A stretch of 64,000 nt of DNA, from positions 15,681 to 79,680 of the forward strand of contig JAFXLD010000043.1 of the NCBI GenBank assembly GCA_017531385.1, written 5' to 3'. Positions 8,752-18,181 of the stretch are shown piece after piece. The DNA is from Clostridia bacterium. Lineage in GTDB: Bacteria > Bacillota > Clostridia > Oscillospirales > Acutalibacteraceae. Made by a program: the position numbers and the translations under genes. Within the stretch, counting starts at the first letter, position 1. The number at the start of each line of letters is the position of its first letter. Under the pieces are notes generated by a model that was not told where the DNA came from, did no database searches, and saw nothing but the letters and a program-made list of their open reading frames with translations.

Positions 8752-10776
8752 TTAAAATGTATCAAGTTTACTCGAAACTCTGAGAATTTTTCTTGCTTCA
8801 CCTGCCGTGATGCTGTTATCACCGTTCAGATCTCCGGCAAGGAAATAGGGGCTGAGCAATGTTGTCAGTTTTGCTGAAGCACGAAGGGCTTCTCTGGCAT
8901 CTGATGCAGATATATCTCCGTCTCCGTTGAGATCGCCTTTTATTATAACACAGGTCGTATCAACAGGCTCTTTTTCGCCTGTTTCAGGATTTGTTCTGAC
9001 CAGGAACAGGAAACAACCGCTTCCTATTATATCATCACCGGCAAGCTGATTCGGCTGAGTGTCTGTTACAATGATATGCCCCGGATAATCAAACTGTATA
9101 AGCACATCATTAACCGTTGTGCCGGGTTGAACACCATAAATACAGGTTCTGTTTTCATTGAAACTGATTTTTGCACCTGAAGCCAGAGTCAACATCATTA
9201 CGTCATCAGGCAATTCGGTTGAAATAACAGGAATTTCAGCTATAAATGTCTCTCCGCAGACAATACATTCACCCTGTTTTTCTCCGGGAATAATTGCTGT
9301 AGGATCTTTTATGACTATCCATTCATTTGCCTTATGTCCTGTTGCGGGAATACCTGTATTCTCTGTTGAATTACACACAATACAGATTCTTGACATTGTT
9401 CCGATCTCATCACAAGTCGGAGCAGCAGTAACAAACCAACCGTCACTGTCAGTAGTCTCATTTTTTATCCATTCATGACCGAGAGCAGGATAAATTTCGA
9501 CAGAAACTGTGCCGCAGACGGTACAAGTATGATTACGTTCACCGTCATTTACGCAATCAGGTTCTTTCGTAACCGTCCATTCATTCCATTCATGGCCTTT
9601 TGTAAGAGTGACATCATCTTCGGTTACCGCACAGACAGTACAGGTACGTCTTTTTATTCCGTCGGTGGTACATGAAAGTTCACTTATAGTGACCCAGCCA
9701 CTCCATGCGTGACCTTTTGCCGCAACAACCTGATTTTCAGTTTTATTACATTTTATACATCTGTGCATCTCAGAACCTTCTGCCAGACAATCGGGTTCAA
9801 CAGTTATCTGCCAATCGGTATACTGATGTTCACAATCATCAATAATATAAGTATCAAGTGAATTGTTTTCAGCCCAGGCTTCTGCTGTTGAATCACTGTA
9901 ACAATAAACAATAAAGCCCTTTACCGCAGTGTTTTCAACATAACCTATTGCTCTTGTTCCGATACTGATAACAGACTCGGGAACAGAGATGTATTGCATA
10001 TTCTTACATTCTGAAAATGCATAACTTCCGATGTAATAAAGACCGTCGGGAAGAACAACAGATTTTACAGAGGTGCCGTAAAAAGCATAATCTGCAATAC
10101 ATCTTGCACCTGCGGGTATAACGACATGTTCATCTTCACCTGTATAGGAATAAACAACATTACCCAATGAAAGAAGTCCTTTAGGCTGTGATTTATACCA
10201 TGCTGTTGAATCGAATGCATATCTGCCCACAGTCTGAACAGAATCAAGAAGTCTTATTGATTCAAGTGCAGTACAGTTTCTGAATGCGGCATAACCGATT
10301 CTTGTTGAAGGAATTGTTATCTCTTCAAGAGCAGTACATCCTTCAAACGCATAGTAACCTATAGCAGTTGAAGCAGAACTGATAGTTACGTTTTTAAGAG
10401 CAACGCAACCTGCAAATGCAGAGTCGCCTATAGAAGAAACAGAAGCCGGAATAACAACACTCTCAAGTGCAGTACAATTACTGAATGAATCTTTCATAAC
10501 TCTTAAAACATTTGAGGATATTGTAACGCTTCTTATACCCGAATGTGACGCAAATGCACCACTGCTGATTTCAACAACGGTACGTCCGTCAATGATATCG
10601 GGAATTATGACATCAGCTTCAATGCCGGTATAACCTGTAATTCTTACACTTGTGCTGCCGGATACAACTTCATAACTGAAGCCTCTGCTTGTAGCCGCTG
10701 TTGCAGGTATATACACAGAAATCATTATGAGAATTGATAAAACAACAGAAAGTATCCGTCTGATTGTTCCTTTCAT
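8752..10776 (-). CDS. Secreted leucine-rich-repeat (BspA-like) protein with Cys-containing repeats and a C-terminal dockerin
   Basis: Signal peptide MKGTIRRILSVVLSILIMISVYIPATA. LRR_5-type repeats (FxxCTALESVxIPxSVxxIGxxAF). Five copies of GHxWxxW...C...C..C. C-terminal duplicated Ca-binding loops GDLNGDGDISASDAREALR / GDLNGDNSITAGEARKILR, which make a type I dockerin. Start set at the ATG at 10776 behind AAGGGGA. Confidence 0.8.
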   Translation of the reverse strand: MKGTIRRILSVVLSILIMISVYIPATAATSRGFSYEVVSGSTSVRITGYTGIEADVIIPDIIDGRTVVEISSGAFASHSGIRSVTISSNVLRVMKDSFSNCTALESVVIPASVSSIGDSAFAGCVALKNVTISSASTAIGYYAFEGCTALEEITIPSTRIGYAAFRNCTALESIRLLDSVQTVGRYAFDSTAWYKSQPKGLLSLGNVVYSYTGEDEHVVIPAGARCIADYAFYGTSVKSVVLPDGLYYIGSYAFSECKNMQYISVPESVISIGTRAIGYVENTAVKGFIVYCYSDSTAEAWAENNSLDTYIIDDCEHQYTDWQITVEPDCLAEGSEMHRCIKCNKTENQVVAAKGHAWSGWVTISELSCTTDGIKRRTCTVCAVTEDDVTLTKGHEWNEWTVTKEPDCVNDGERNHTCTVCGTVSVEIYPALGHEWIKNETTDSDGWFVTAAPTCDEIGTMSRICIVCNSTENTGIPATGHKANEWIVIKDPTAIIPGEKQGECIVCGETFIAEIPVISTELPDDVMMLTLASGAKISFNENRTCIYGVQPGTTVNDVLIQFDYPGHIIVTDTQPNQLAGDDIIGSGCFLFLVRTNPETGEKEPVDTTCVIIKGDLNGDGDISASDAREALRASAKLTTLLSPYFLAGDLNGDNSITAGEARKILRVSSKLDTF

Positions 10777-10792
10777 AAAATTCCCCTTCATT

Positions 10793-12067
10793 TTAAATCT
10801 GAGCAAGAGCCTGTTCAATATCGGCAATGATGTCATCTGCATTTTCAATACCGACAGAAAATCTTACAAGGTCGGGTGAAACACCACACTCAACGAGTTC
10901 GTTATCGCTGAGCTGACGGTGTGTTGATGACGCAGGATGAAGAACACAGGTTCTTGCATCTGCAACATGAGTTACGATAGCAGCAAGTTTAAGTGAATTC
11001 ATAAACTTTTCTGCTGCATCTCTGCCGCCCTTGACACCGAATGAAACAACACCGCAAGTGCCGTTCGGCATGTATTTCTTAGCAAGCTCGTAATATTTAT
11101 TGGAAGGAAGTCCGGGGAAATTAACCCATTCGATCTTGTCATTTGACTCAAGATACTCTGCAACCTTCTGAGCGTTTGCACAATGTCTTTCCATACGAAG
11201 TGCAAGTGTTTCAAGACCGACATTGAGATAGAAAGCATTCTGAGGTGACGGAGTTGAGCCGTAATCACGGAGAAGCTGTGCAACAATCTTTGTGACATAG
11301 CCTGCTTTGCCGAAATCCTTAGTATAAACAGCACCGTGATAACTGTCATCGGGAGTTGTAAGACCGGGGAATTTATCATTCTGTTCCCAGTCAAAATTAC
11401 CGCTGTCAACTACGCAACCGCCGATTGTTGATGCATGACCTTCCATATATTTTGTTGTTGAATGAGTAACGATATCTGCACCGAATTCAAAAGGACGGCA
11501 ATTGACGGGTGTGGGGAATGTATTGTCAATAATAAGAGGTACACCGTTTGCGTGTGCAACCTTTGCAAACTTCTCAATATCAAGAACATCAAGTGAGGGG
11601 TTTGCAATAGTTTCGCCGAAAACAGCCTTTGTATTGGGTTTGAAAGCTGCCTGCAGTTCTTCTTCTGTGCAGTTGGGATCAACAAATGTTACATCGATAC
11701 CGATTTTTCTCATTGTGACATTGAAAAGGTTGAAAGTACCGCCGTAAATTGTTGCGGCACTGATAAAGTGGTCACCTGCACCCATGATATTAATAAGTGA
11801 GAAGAAGTTAGCGGCCTGACCTGATGATGTAAGTACACCTGCGACACCGCCTTCAAGAGCTGTGATTTTTGCTGCAACTGCATCACTTGTGGGATTTGCA
11901 AGACGGGTATACATATAACCCGGTTCAAGATCAAAAAGCTTTGCCATATCGGCACTTGTATCATATTTAAATGTTGTGCTCTGGCAGATGGGAAGAACTC
12001 TGGGTTCACCACTCTTGGGTTTGTAACCTGCCTGCACGCATAATGTATCTATTTTATAGTCTGCCAT
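10793..12067 (-). CDS. metY: O-acetylhomoserine sulfhydrylase (aminocarboxypropyltransferase), PLP-dependent
   Basis: 424 aa, TLCVQAGY...QSTTFKYD...YTRLANPT...HSTTKYMEGH (PLP-Lys region). Cys/Met-metabolism PLP family, MetY/CysD type. Confidence 0.88.
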   Translation of the reverse strand: MADYKIDTLCVQAGYKPKSGEPRVLPICQSTTFKYDTSADMAKLFDLEPGYMYTRLANPTSDAVAAKITALEGGVAGVLTSSGQAANFFSLINIMGAGDHFISAATIYGGTFNLFNVTMRKIGIDVTFVDPNCTEEELQAAFKPNTKAVFGETIANPSLDVLDIEKFAKVAHANGVPLIIDNTFPTPVNCRPFEFGADIVTHSTTKYMEGHASTIGGCVVDSGNFDWEQNDKFPGLTTPDDSYHGAVYTKDFGKAGYVTKIVAQLLRDYGSTPSPQNAFYLNVGLETLALRMERHCANAQKVAEYLESNDKIEWVNFPGLPSNKYYELAKKYMPNGTCGVVSFGVKGGRDAAEKFMNSLKLAAIVTHVADARTCVLHPASSTHRQLSDNELVECGVSPDLVRFSVGIENADDIIADIEQALAQI

Positions 12068-12082
12068 AATTATTACTCCTTT

Positions 12083-13291
12083 TTATTTTCCGAGGAAATA
12101 TTTCATAAGTTCAACACCGCTGTCAAAGTAAACACCTGTTGACTTGGCTGTGTTTTCATTGACTGTGTCTACCCCCTGTTTTTCGCCGTTCTTGTGATAA
12201 ATCATAAAGGGAACGGGATCTCTTGCATGAGTCATTGTAACAAGAGGAGTGGGATGGTCGGGAAGAATCATAATCTTGTAATCATCATATTTTTCAAGCT
12301 CTTCAATAACTACGGGAAGAACCTTTTTGTCAATGATTTCGATTGCTCTGACTTTATTCTCAGGTTCATGTCTGTGACCGCATTCATCTGGAGCTTCAAT
12401 ATGAATATAAACAAAATCCTGCCCTTTTCTGAATTCTTCAACTGCTGTCTGAGCCTTGCCGTCAAAGTTAGTGTCGATATAACCTGTTGCACCTTCTACG
12501 TCGGGTGTGTTCATCTTTGCACAACCGCCGATTCCTTTAAGCAGGTCAACAGCAGAAATGATACTGCCCTTGAGTCCGAATTTTTCTTCAAATGCTTCAA
12601 GTGCAGGTTTTGTACCCTCACCCCAGAGCCAGATTGAGTTTGCAGGACGCTTACCCTCTGCAATTCTTCTTAAATTTACGGGATGGTCTTTAAGCAAATC
12701 ATAGCTTTCTTTCATCATAGCGATAAGCTCTTTTGCATTTTCACTCTTAGAAAGATATTCACCAACTACTCTGCCCGAAATATCGTGAGGTGGTGTCATG
12801 TCACCGAGATCGGTTGTACCGCCGTGCCATACAAGGCAATGACGATATGCAACACCGTTATAGAACTTATAAATATCGTTACCGAAATGCTCCTGCACGG
12901 TTTTGATGATTTCAGCCGCATCTTCCGAAGAAATATCACCTGCAGAATAATCAACCATTGTTTTGTCTTCATAATTTTCTTCATCAGAAAGAGTAACAAC
13001 ATTGCAACGCATTGTAACATCATCATCTGCAAGCTCGACACCGATGCTCACAGCCTCCAGAGGACTTCTGCCTGTATAACATTTTTCAGCATCATAACCG
13101 AGTGCGCTGAGATTTGCGACGTCACTACCGGGTTTGAGTGAATCGGCAACGGTTTTTACGATACCGACAGTACCTTTCTGACCGAGTTTATCAAAATTCG
13201 GCTTATCGGCAACTTCCATGGGAGTTCTGCCGTCAAGCTCGGGTACGGGATAGTCTGCCATACCGTCATATAAAACAACAAGATATTTCAA
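12083..13291 (-). CDS. Cofactor-independent phosphoglycerate-mutase-like protein (ApgM family; 'proposed homoserine kinase' clade)
   Basis: 402 aa, MKYLVVLYDGMADYP...DKPNFD...GSDVANLS...IHIEAPDECGHR...LPDHPTP. This is the alkaline-phosphatase-superfamily metalloenzyme of the archaeal-type iPGM family. It lies immediately upstream of metY. Confidence 0.78.
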   Translation of the reverse strand: MKYLVVLYDGMADYPVPELDGRTPMEVADKPNFDKLGQKGTVGIVKTVADSLKPGSDVANLSALGYDAEKCYTGRSPLEAVSIGVELADDDVTMRCNVVTLSDEENYEDKTMVDYSAGDISSEDAAEIIKTVQEHFGNDIYKFYNGVAYRHCLVWHGGTTDLGDMTPPHDISGRVVGEYLSKSENAKELIAMMKESYDLLKDHPVNLRRIAEGKRPANSIWLWGEGTKPALEAFEEKFGLKGSIISAVDLLKGIGGCAKMNTPDVEGATGYIDTNFDGKAQTAVEEFRKGQDFVYIHIEAPDECGHRHEPENKVRAIEIIDKKVLPVVIEELEKYDDYKIMILPDHPTPLVTMTHARDPVPFMIYHKNGEKQGVDTVNENTAKSTGVYFDSGVELMKYFLGK

Positions 13292-13326
13292 AATTTGTCA
13301 TCTCCGAAAAAAATATTATTCAACAT

Positions 13327-13355
13327 ATTATATCATGGTTATTTATATTATTCAA
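13327..13355 (-). promoter_or_regulatory. Candidate SigA promoter of the PGM-like/metY operon
   Basis: The minus strand reads TTGAAT-17 nt-TATAAT, with TGA immediately upstream of the -10 hexamer (extended -10). Confidence 0.5.
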
Positions 13356-13390
13356 GAGTATTTACAAATTAAATTCTTCCATAAATAAAT

Positions 13391-14107
13391 TTACCAGTTG
13401 TCTAATCCTCTTCTCTGCAACGCTCCGATAACTTTTTCACGAAGCTGAGGATAATCCTTATTCAAGATCTTGATAAGTTCCTTTGTTTTTTCTCTTTCAC
13501 TTGTCTTATCCATAGGACATTTGCTCTTTTCAACAGGCAAGGAATTATGCTTTACAGCACCTGCTACAAGGCTCTCTGAAGCCAAAACCATAGGTCTTAT
13601 GATGTAAAGGTTTTTCCTTGACATGTATGTAACCGGAAAGAAACTGCTGATATTTCCGCCTTTAAGAAGATTCATAAAAAACGTTTCAACAGCATCATCC
13701 ATATGATGTCCCAACGCAACTTTATTGCATCCGTTTTCAATGGCAACATCGTGAAGAATACCTCTTCGCATTTTTGCACACAATGAACAAGGGTTACTCT
13801 CCTTACGGATATTGAAAATTATATCGGCAAGTTCAGTGCGTTTTATAACATACGGCACATCAATTTTCTTACAAAAATCCTCAAATACGGAATAATCAGC
13901 ATCAACTCCGTCAAACCTCATATCAACGGTAATTGCAACCAATTCGAACTTTGCAGGATAAAATCTGCGCATATCTGCAAGTGCAGCCAGAAGCGCAACG
14001 GAATCCTTTCCGCCTGAAAGACCGACTGCAATCCTGTCACCGTCCTGAATCATATCATAGTTTTCCATTGCCGCACGCATACGGCTCATCAATTTTTGCA
14101 TAGACAA
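13391..14107 (-). CDS. ttcA: PP-loop ATPase, tRNA 2-thiocytidine biosynthesis TtcA-like
   Basis: 238 aa with PP-loop GLSGGKDS and Cys motifs CSLCAKMRRG and KCPMD. Confidence 0.75.
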   Translation of the reverse strand: MSMQKLMSRMRAAMENYDMIQDGDRIAVGLSGGKDSVALLAALADMRRFYPAKFELVAITVDMRFDGVDADYSVFEDFCKKIDVPYVIKRTELADIIFNIRKESNPCSLCAKMRRGILHDVAIENGCNKVALGHHMDDAVETFFMNLLKGGNISSFFPVTYMSRKNLYIIRPMVLASESLVAGAVKHNSLPVEKSKCPMDKTSEREKTKELIKILNKDYPQLREKVIGALQRRGLDNW

Positions 14108-14223
14108 TCACCACACTATTGTCTTATTATAATTCACAATGTTTTTTTTGTAAATACAAATTTGAATAAAGAATAAACTTGCACAAAAAGCCGTCAATCT
14201 TAATTGTTTTTTTATTTACTCTA

Positions 14224-14252
14224 TTGACAATTATTTACTCTTATGGTAATAT
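14224..14252 (+). promoter_or_regulatory. SigA-type promoter upstream of the riboswitch and ATPase
   Basis: TTGACA-17 nt-TAATAT. Confidence 0.6.
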
Positions 14253-14272
14253 TGATATGCAAATATAATAGG

Positions 14273-14366
14273 CTCATGAGGGAGTAGTTTGCACGCAATC
14301 GTGTTTCAGTGTCAACATTCATGGCTGTAATTCAGCTTGGCACGAATTAAATGACCAGACTCGTGT
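14273..14366 (+). promoter_or_regulatory. yybP-ykoY (Mn2+) riboswitch aptamer
   Basis: Conserved GGGAGUAG at 14280-14287, next to the P1 5' strand CAUGAG, which pairs with CUCGUG (14360-14365). Internal helices are CACG/CGUG, GUGUCAA/UUGGCAC (14309-15 / 14337-43) and GCUG/CAGC, with a UCAACAU segment. The P1 3' strand overlaps the 5' arm of the downstream terminator. Matched from memory of the family consensus, not by a covariance model. Confidence 0.6.
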
Positions 14367-14403
14367 ACAGTTTTCGCAATCCGGATACTGTATGCGTTTT
14401 TTT
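14362..14403 (+). terminator. Riboswitch expression-platform terminator
   Basis: CGUGUACAGU (14362-71) pairs with ACUGUAUGCG (14387-96): 10 bp including G-U pairs. It is followed by UUUUUUU (14397-14403). Confidence 0.65.
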
Positions 14404-14460
14404 AATATCAGATTGCTCTCTTATCAGTCAAAATTTTTTTGGGAAAGGGCGAAAAAAAAC

Positions 14461-17175
14461 ATGAACTTTTACAGAGAAGAAGTAGATACCGTATTAAAAG
14501 AAGTCGGTTCATCTTCTGCAGGTCTTACATCGGCAGAAGCCGCAACAAGACTTGAGAAAAACGGTAAAAACAAGCTCAAACAGGCTGAAAAAGATTCCCT
14601 TTTAAAGAGATTCTTTGCGCAACTTACAGACCCGATGATTATCATTCTGTTGGTTGCGGCAGGTATTTCCGCTTTGCTTTCAATTCTTGCATTGACAGGT
14701 GTAGTTGAAGGCGAAAGTGAATTTGCAGATGTTATAATCATCCTTACAGTTGTTCTCATCAATGCAGTTCTCGGTGTTTATCAGGAAAGTAAAGCCGAAA
14801 AAGCAATTGAGGCACTGCAGGAAATGTCAGCCGCCACAACAAAAACTCTCCGTGACGGAAATGTTGTTGCAGTTAAGAGTGAAGATCTTGTTGTCGGCGA
14901 CGTTATCGTACTTGAAGCAGGTGATGCTATTCCTGCAGACTGCCGTATCATCGAATGTGCAAGCATGAAGATTGAAGAGGCTGCACTTACAGGTGAGTCC
15001 GTTCCCGTTACAAAAATGCTTGATGTCATCAACGGCAAAAAAGAGGATGCAGTTCCTCTCGGTGACAGAAAAAATATGGCATATATGGGTTCAACACTTG
15101 TATACGGCAGAGGTAAAGCTGTTGTTGTTGCAACAGGTATGGATACAGAAATGGGTAAAATTGCAGATGCTATCGCTTCTGCAGAAGAAGGTGAAACTCC
15201 CCTTCAGAAGAAGCTTTCACAGCTGAGTAAAATACTCACATTCCTTGTTATCGGCATTTGTGTATTCATCTTCGGCTTCCAGCTTGTAAAGACATTTGTA
15301 AGCGGTTCGGCACTTGATTTCTCTGTTGTTCTTGACTTCTTTATGGTTGCTATTTCTCTTGCTGTTGCTGCCATCCCCGAAGGTCTTGCCGCAGTTGTTA
15401 CAATTGTTCTTTCAATGGGCGTTACAACAATGTCCAAGAAAAACGCTATCATCAGAAAGCTCACTGCAGTTGAAACACTCGGTTGTGCGCAGATAATCTG
15501 TTCAGACAAAACAGGTACTCTCACTCAGAATGTCATGACAGTTGTTGACTCATACTGCGAGGATGAAAAGAATCTTGCAACTATGATGTCACTTTGTACA
15601 GACGTTACAGTCAACAGCGACGGTACAGTTACCGGTGAACCCACAGAAGCTGCTCTTGTTAACTTTGCAATAAAGCTTGGTCTTAACAAAAATGACCTTC
15701 AGGAAAAAATGCCCAGAGTTGCTGAAGCTCCTTTCGATTCAGGCAGAAAGATGATGTCTACACTTCACAAAACAGCAAACGGCATTGTTCAGTTCACAAA
15801 GGGTGCTCCCGATATCGTTGTAAGTCTTTGTAAATATGCTCAGTTTGAAGGCAAAGTTGTTCCCATGAGCGACGAAATCAAAGCAAAGATTTCTGCAGAA
15901 AACAAGAGAATGGCAGACAAGGCTCTCCGTGTTCTTGCCTGTGCAATGAAAAAATATCCCGAAATTCCCGCATCTACAGAACCTGCTGATCTTGAAAATG
16001 AAATGGTTTTCGTAGGTCTTACAGGTATGATTGATCCTGTCCGTCCTGAAGTAAAAGATGCAATTAACGAATGCAGAAGTGCAGGTATCACACCCATTAT
16101 GATTACAGGTGACCACAAAGATACTGCAGTTGCAATCGCAAAGGAACTCGGCATTATTTCAGACGAAAAGAATGCCATGACAGGTGCAGACCTTGAAAAG
16201 CTTTCTGACGAAGAATTTGACAATGTTGTTACAAATACATTCGTTTATGCCCGTGTTCAGCCCGAACACAAAACAAGAATCGTTACAGCATGGAAGAAAA
16301 AAGGCTATATCACTGCTATGACAGGCGACGGCGTTAACGATGCACCCTCAATCAAGAGTGCTGATATCGGTGTCGGCATGGGTATCACAGGTACAGACGT
16401 TACAAAGAATGTTGCAGACATGGTTCTTGCAGACGATAACTTTGCAACAATCGTTTCAGCAGTCGGTGAAGGCAGAAGAATTTATGACAACATCCGTAAA
16501 GCTATTCAGTTCCTTCTCGGATCAAACCTCTCGGAAGTTCTTTCTATCTTCTTTGCAACACTTCTCGGCTTCACAATTCTTGAAGCTCCCCATCTTCTCT
16601 GGATCAACCTTGTTACTGACTGCTTCCCTGCACTTGCTCTCGGTGTTGAAAAGCCCGAAAGCAACATCATGAAGAGAAAACCCAGAAGCACAAAAGACGG
16701 CATATTCTCAGGCGGTCTCGGTATTGATGTTCTCTATCAGGGTGTACTTGTAACACTTCTGACAATGGCTGCATACTTCGTTGGTGTAAACAGCGTAAAC
16801 GGTTTCAACTGGGATCTTTCAACATGGCAGTTCACAAACATTCAGCTTGGTACACCTGCAGGTCACCTCGGCACAACAATGGCATTCCTTACAATGTCAA
16901 TGTGTGAAATCTTCCATTCACTCAACATGCGTTCTCAGAGAGGCTCTATCTTCACAATGGCATTCAAGGGCAGCCACAACATTCTTCTCTATGGCTCAAT
17001 GATTGCAACACTTGTTCTTACAACACTTGTTATTGAAGTACCTTTCCTTGCAAATGCTTTTGATTTTGAAAAGCTCGACCTTGTTCACTATGGAATAGCT
17101 CTTGCAATTGCATTCCTTATCATTCCGATTGTTGAAATTGTAAAAGCAATTCAGCGTGCTACTGCAAAAAAATAA
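14461..17175 (+). CDS. P-type cation-transporting ATPase, Ca2+ (PMCA/SERCA-like, P2) type
   Basis: 904 aa from MNFYREEV. Motifs: TGES, PEGL, DKTGTLT, KGAPD, TGDGVNDAPS. The track ORF start at 14392 lies inside the terminator and is rejected. Confidence 0.9.
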   Translation: MNFYREEVDTVLKEVGSSSAGLTSAEAATRLEKNGKNKLKQAEKDSLLKRFFAQLTDPMIIILLVAAGISALLSILALTGVVEGESEFADVIIILTVVLINAVLGVYQESKAEKAIEALQEMSAATTKTLRDGNVVAVKSEDLVVGDVIVLEAGDAIPADCRIIECASMKIEEAALTGESVPVTKMLDVINGKKEDAVPLGDRKNMAYMGSTLVYGRGKAVVVATGMDTEMGKIADAIASAEEGETPLQKKLSQLSKILTFLVIGICVFIFGFQLVKTFVSGSALDFSVVLDFFMVAISLAVAAIPEGLAAVVTIVLSMGVTTMSKKNAIIRKLTAVETLGCAQIICSDKTGTLTQNVMTVVDSYCEDEKNLATMMSLCTDVTVNSDGTVTGEPTEAALVNFAIKLGLNKNDLQEKMPRVAEAPFDSGRKMMSTLHKTANGIVQFTKGAPDIVVSLCKYAQFEGKVVPMSDEIKAKISAENKRMADKALRVLACAMKKYPEIPASTEPADLENEMVFVGLTGMIDPVRPEVKDAINECRSAGITPIMITGDHKDTAVAIAKELGIISDEKNAMTGADLEKLSDEEFDNVVTNTFVYARVQPEHKTRIVTAWKKKGYITAMTGDGVNDAPSIKSADIGVGMGITGTDVTKNVADMVLADDNFATIVSAVGEGRRIYDNIRKAIQFLLGSNLSEVLSIFFATLLGFTILEAPHLLWINLVTDCFPALALGVEKPESNIMKRKPRSTKDGIFSGGLGIDVLYQGVLVTLLTMAAYFVGVNSVNGFNWDLSTWQFTNIQLGTPAGHLGTTMAFLTMSMCEIFHSLNMRSQRGSIFTMAFKGSHNILLYGSMIATLVLTTLVIEVPFLANAFDFEKLDLVHYGIALAIAFLIIPIVEIVKAIQRATAKK

Positions 17176-17187
17176 AACAAAAATTTT

Positions 17188-17219
17188 ACGGAGCTCTGAA
17201 AAGAGTTCCGTATTTTTTT
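17188..17219 (+). terminator. Intrinsic terminator after the ATPase gene
   Basis: ACGGAGCTC-TGAAAA-GAGTTCCGT followed by ATTTTTTT. Confidence 0.7.
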
Positions 17220-17302
17220 GTTTTTTTGGGGTTGAAGATTGTTGTATTTAGTGGTATATTATGTTCTTGTGAAAAATAATTACATATATTCAGGGTGATA
17301 AA

Positions 17303-18037
17303 ATGACAGGACTCGGCACAATTATAAATACTGCTGCGATAATTGTCGGCGGATTAGGTGGTATGATTTTCGGTAAAAAAATTCCCGATCGTTTACAGGA
17401 TACAATAATGAAGGCAAACGGTGTCTGCGTTATATTCATAGGAATCGCAGGTGCTCTGCAGGAAATGTTCACTATTTCTCCCGAAGGTAAACTCCAAAGC
17501 GGCGGCACAATGATGATGATCGGCTGTATTATAATCGGCTCCATTATCGGTGAAATTCTCAACATTGAACATCATCTTGAAACATTCGGAGAATGGCTCA
17601 AACGCAAGACAAAAAGTGACAAAGACACAGGCTTTGTTGACGGTTTTGTAACTGCATCACTTACCGTCTGCATCGGTGCAATGGCAGTCGTAGGCGCTGT
17701 ACAGGACGGCATAAACGGCGATTATTCCGTTCTTGCGGCAAAATCAGTTCTCGACCTTATTATTATAATGGTAATGACTGCATCAATGGGCAAAGGCTGT
17801 ATTTTCTCCGCTATTCCAATTGCTGTTTTCCAGGGGTCAATCACAATTCTTGCAACATTTATTGAACCCGTTCTTACCGAAACTGCCCTCTCCTACCTCT
17901 CACTTACAGGCTCAATGCTGATTTTCTGCGTCGGTGTCAATCTCACATGGGGCAAAATGATAAAAGTCGCAAATATGCTCCCCACAATTTTTATAGCCGT
18001 GATATGGGCTTTGGTTGAAAAGCTTATTGCGGTATAA
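17303..18037 (+). CDS. DUF554-family integral membrane protein (YdfK/YqgA-like)
   Basis: 244 aa, polytopic and hydrophobic. The N-terminus MTGLGTIINTAAIIVGGLGG and the internal GAVQDGINGDYSVLAAKSVLD resemble DUF554 proteins. Confidence 0.7.
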   Translation: MTGLGTIINTAAIIVGGLGGMIFGKKIPDRLQDTIMKANGVCVIFIGIAGALQEMFTISPEGKLQSGGTMMMIGCIIIGSIIGEILNIEHHLETFGEWLKRKTKSDKDTGFVDGFVTASLTVCIGAMAVVGAVQDGINGDYSVLAAKSVLDLIIIMVMTASMGKGCIFSAIPIAVFQGSITILATFIEPVLTETALSYLSLTGSMLIFCVGVNLTWGKMIKVANMLPTIFIAVIWALVEKLIAV

Positions 18038-18040
18038 CTC

Positions 18041-18069
18041 TTGACAATACATAATTTAACTGCTATAAT
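18041..18069 (+). promoter_or_regulatory. SigA-type promoter (perfect consensus, extended -10)
   Basis: TTGACA-17 nt-TATAAT, with TGC immediately upstream of the -10 hexamer. Confidence 0.65.
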
Positions 18070-18103
18070 TCAGAAAAAACACAATAAAAGGCTGGTGGAC
18101 AAA

Positions 18104-18157
18104 ATGACGAATCTTAATTTCCGAAATCGGAGAACCGTTTTGTCCGTTTGTGATTGA
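18104..18157 (+). CDS. Possible 17-codon leader peptide ORF (MTNLNFRNRRTVLSVCD)
   Basis: The ATG is preceded by GGUGG with a 5-nt spacer. The ORF spans both arms of the leader helix and stops 25 nt before the terminator stem. This is purely a sequence observation. Confidence 0.2.
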   Translation: MTNLNFRNRRTVLSVCD

Positions 18158-18181
18158 TGTAATAAATCTTTCTGAATTAAC

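Noticed and set aside
14392-14460. N-terminal extension of the ATPase ORF (MRFFNIRLL...)
   Set aside because: Its ATG lies inside the 3' arm and U-tract of the riboswitch terminator. The conserved P-type ATPase N-terminus starts at MNFYREEV (14461).
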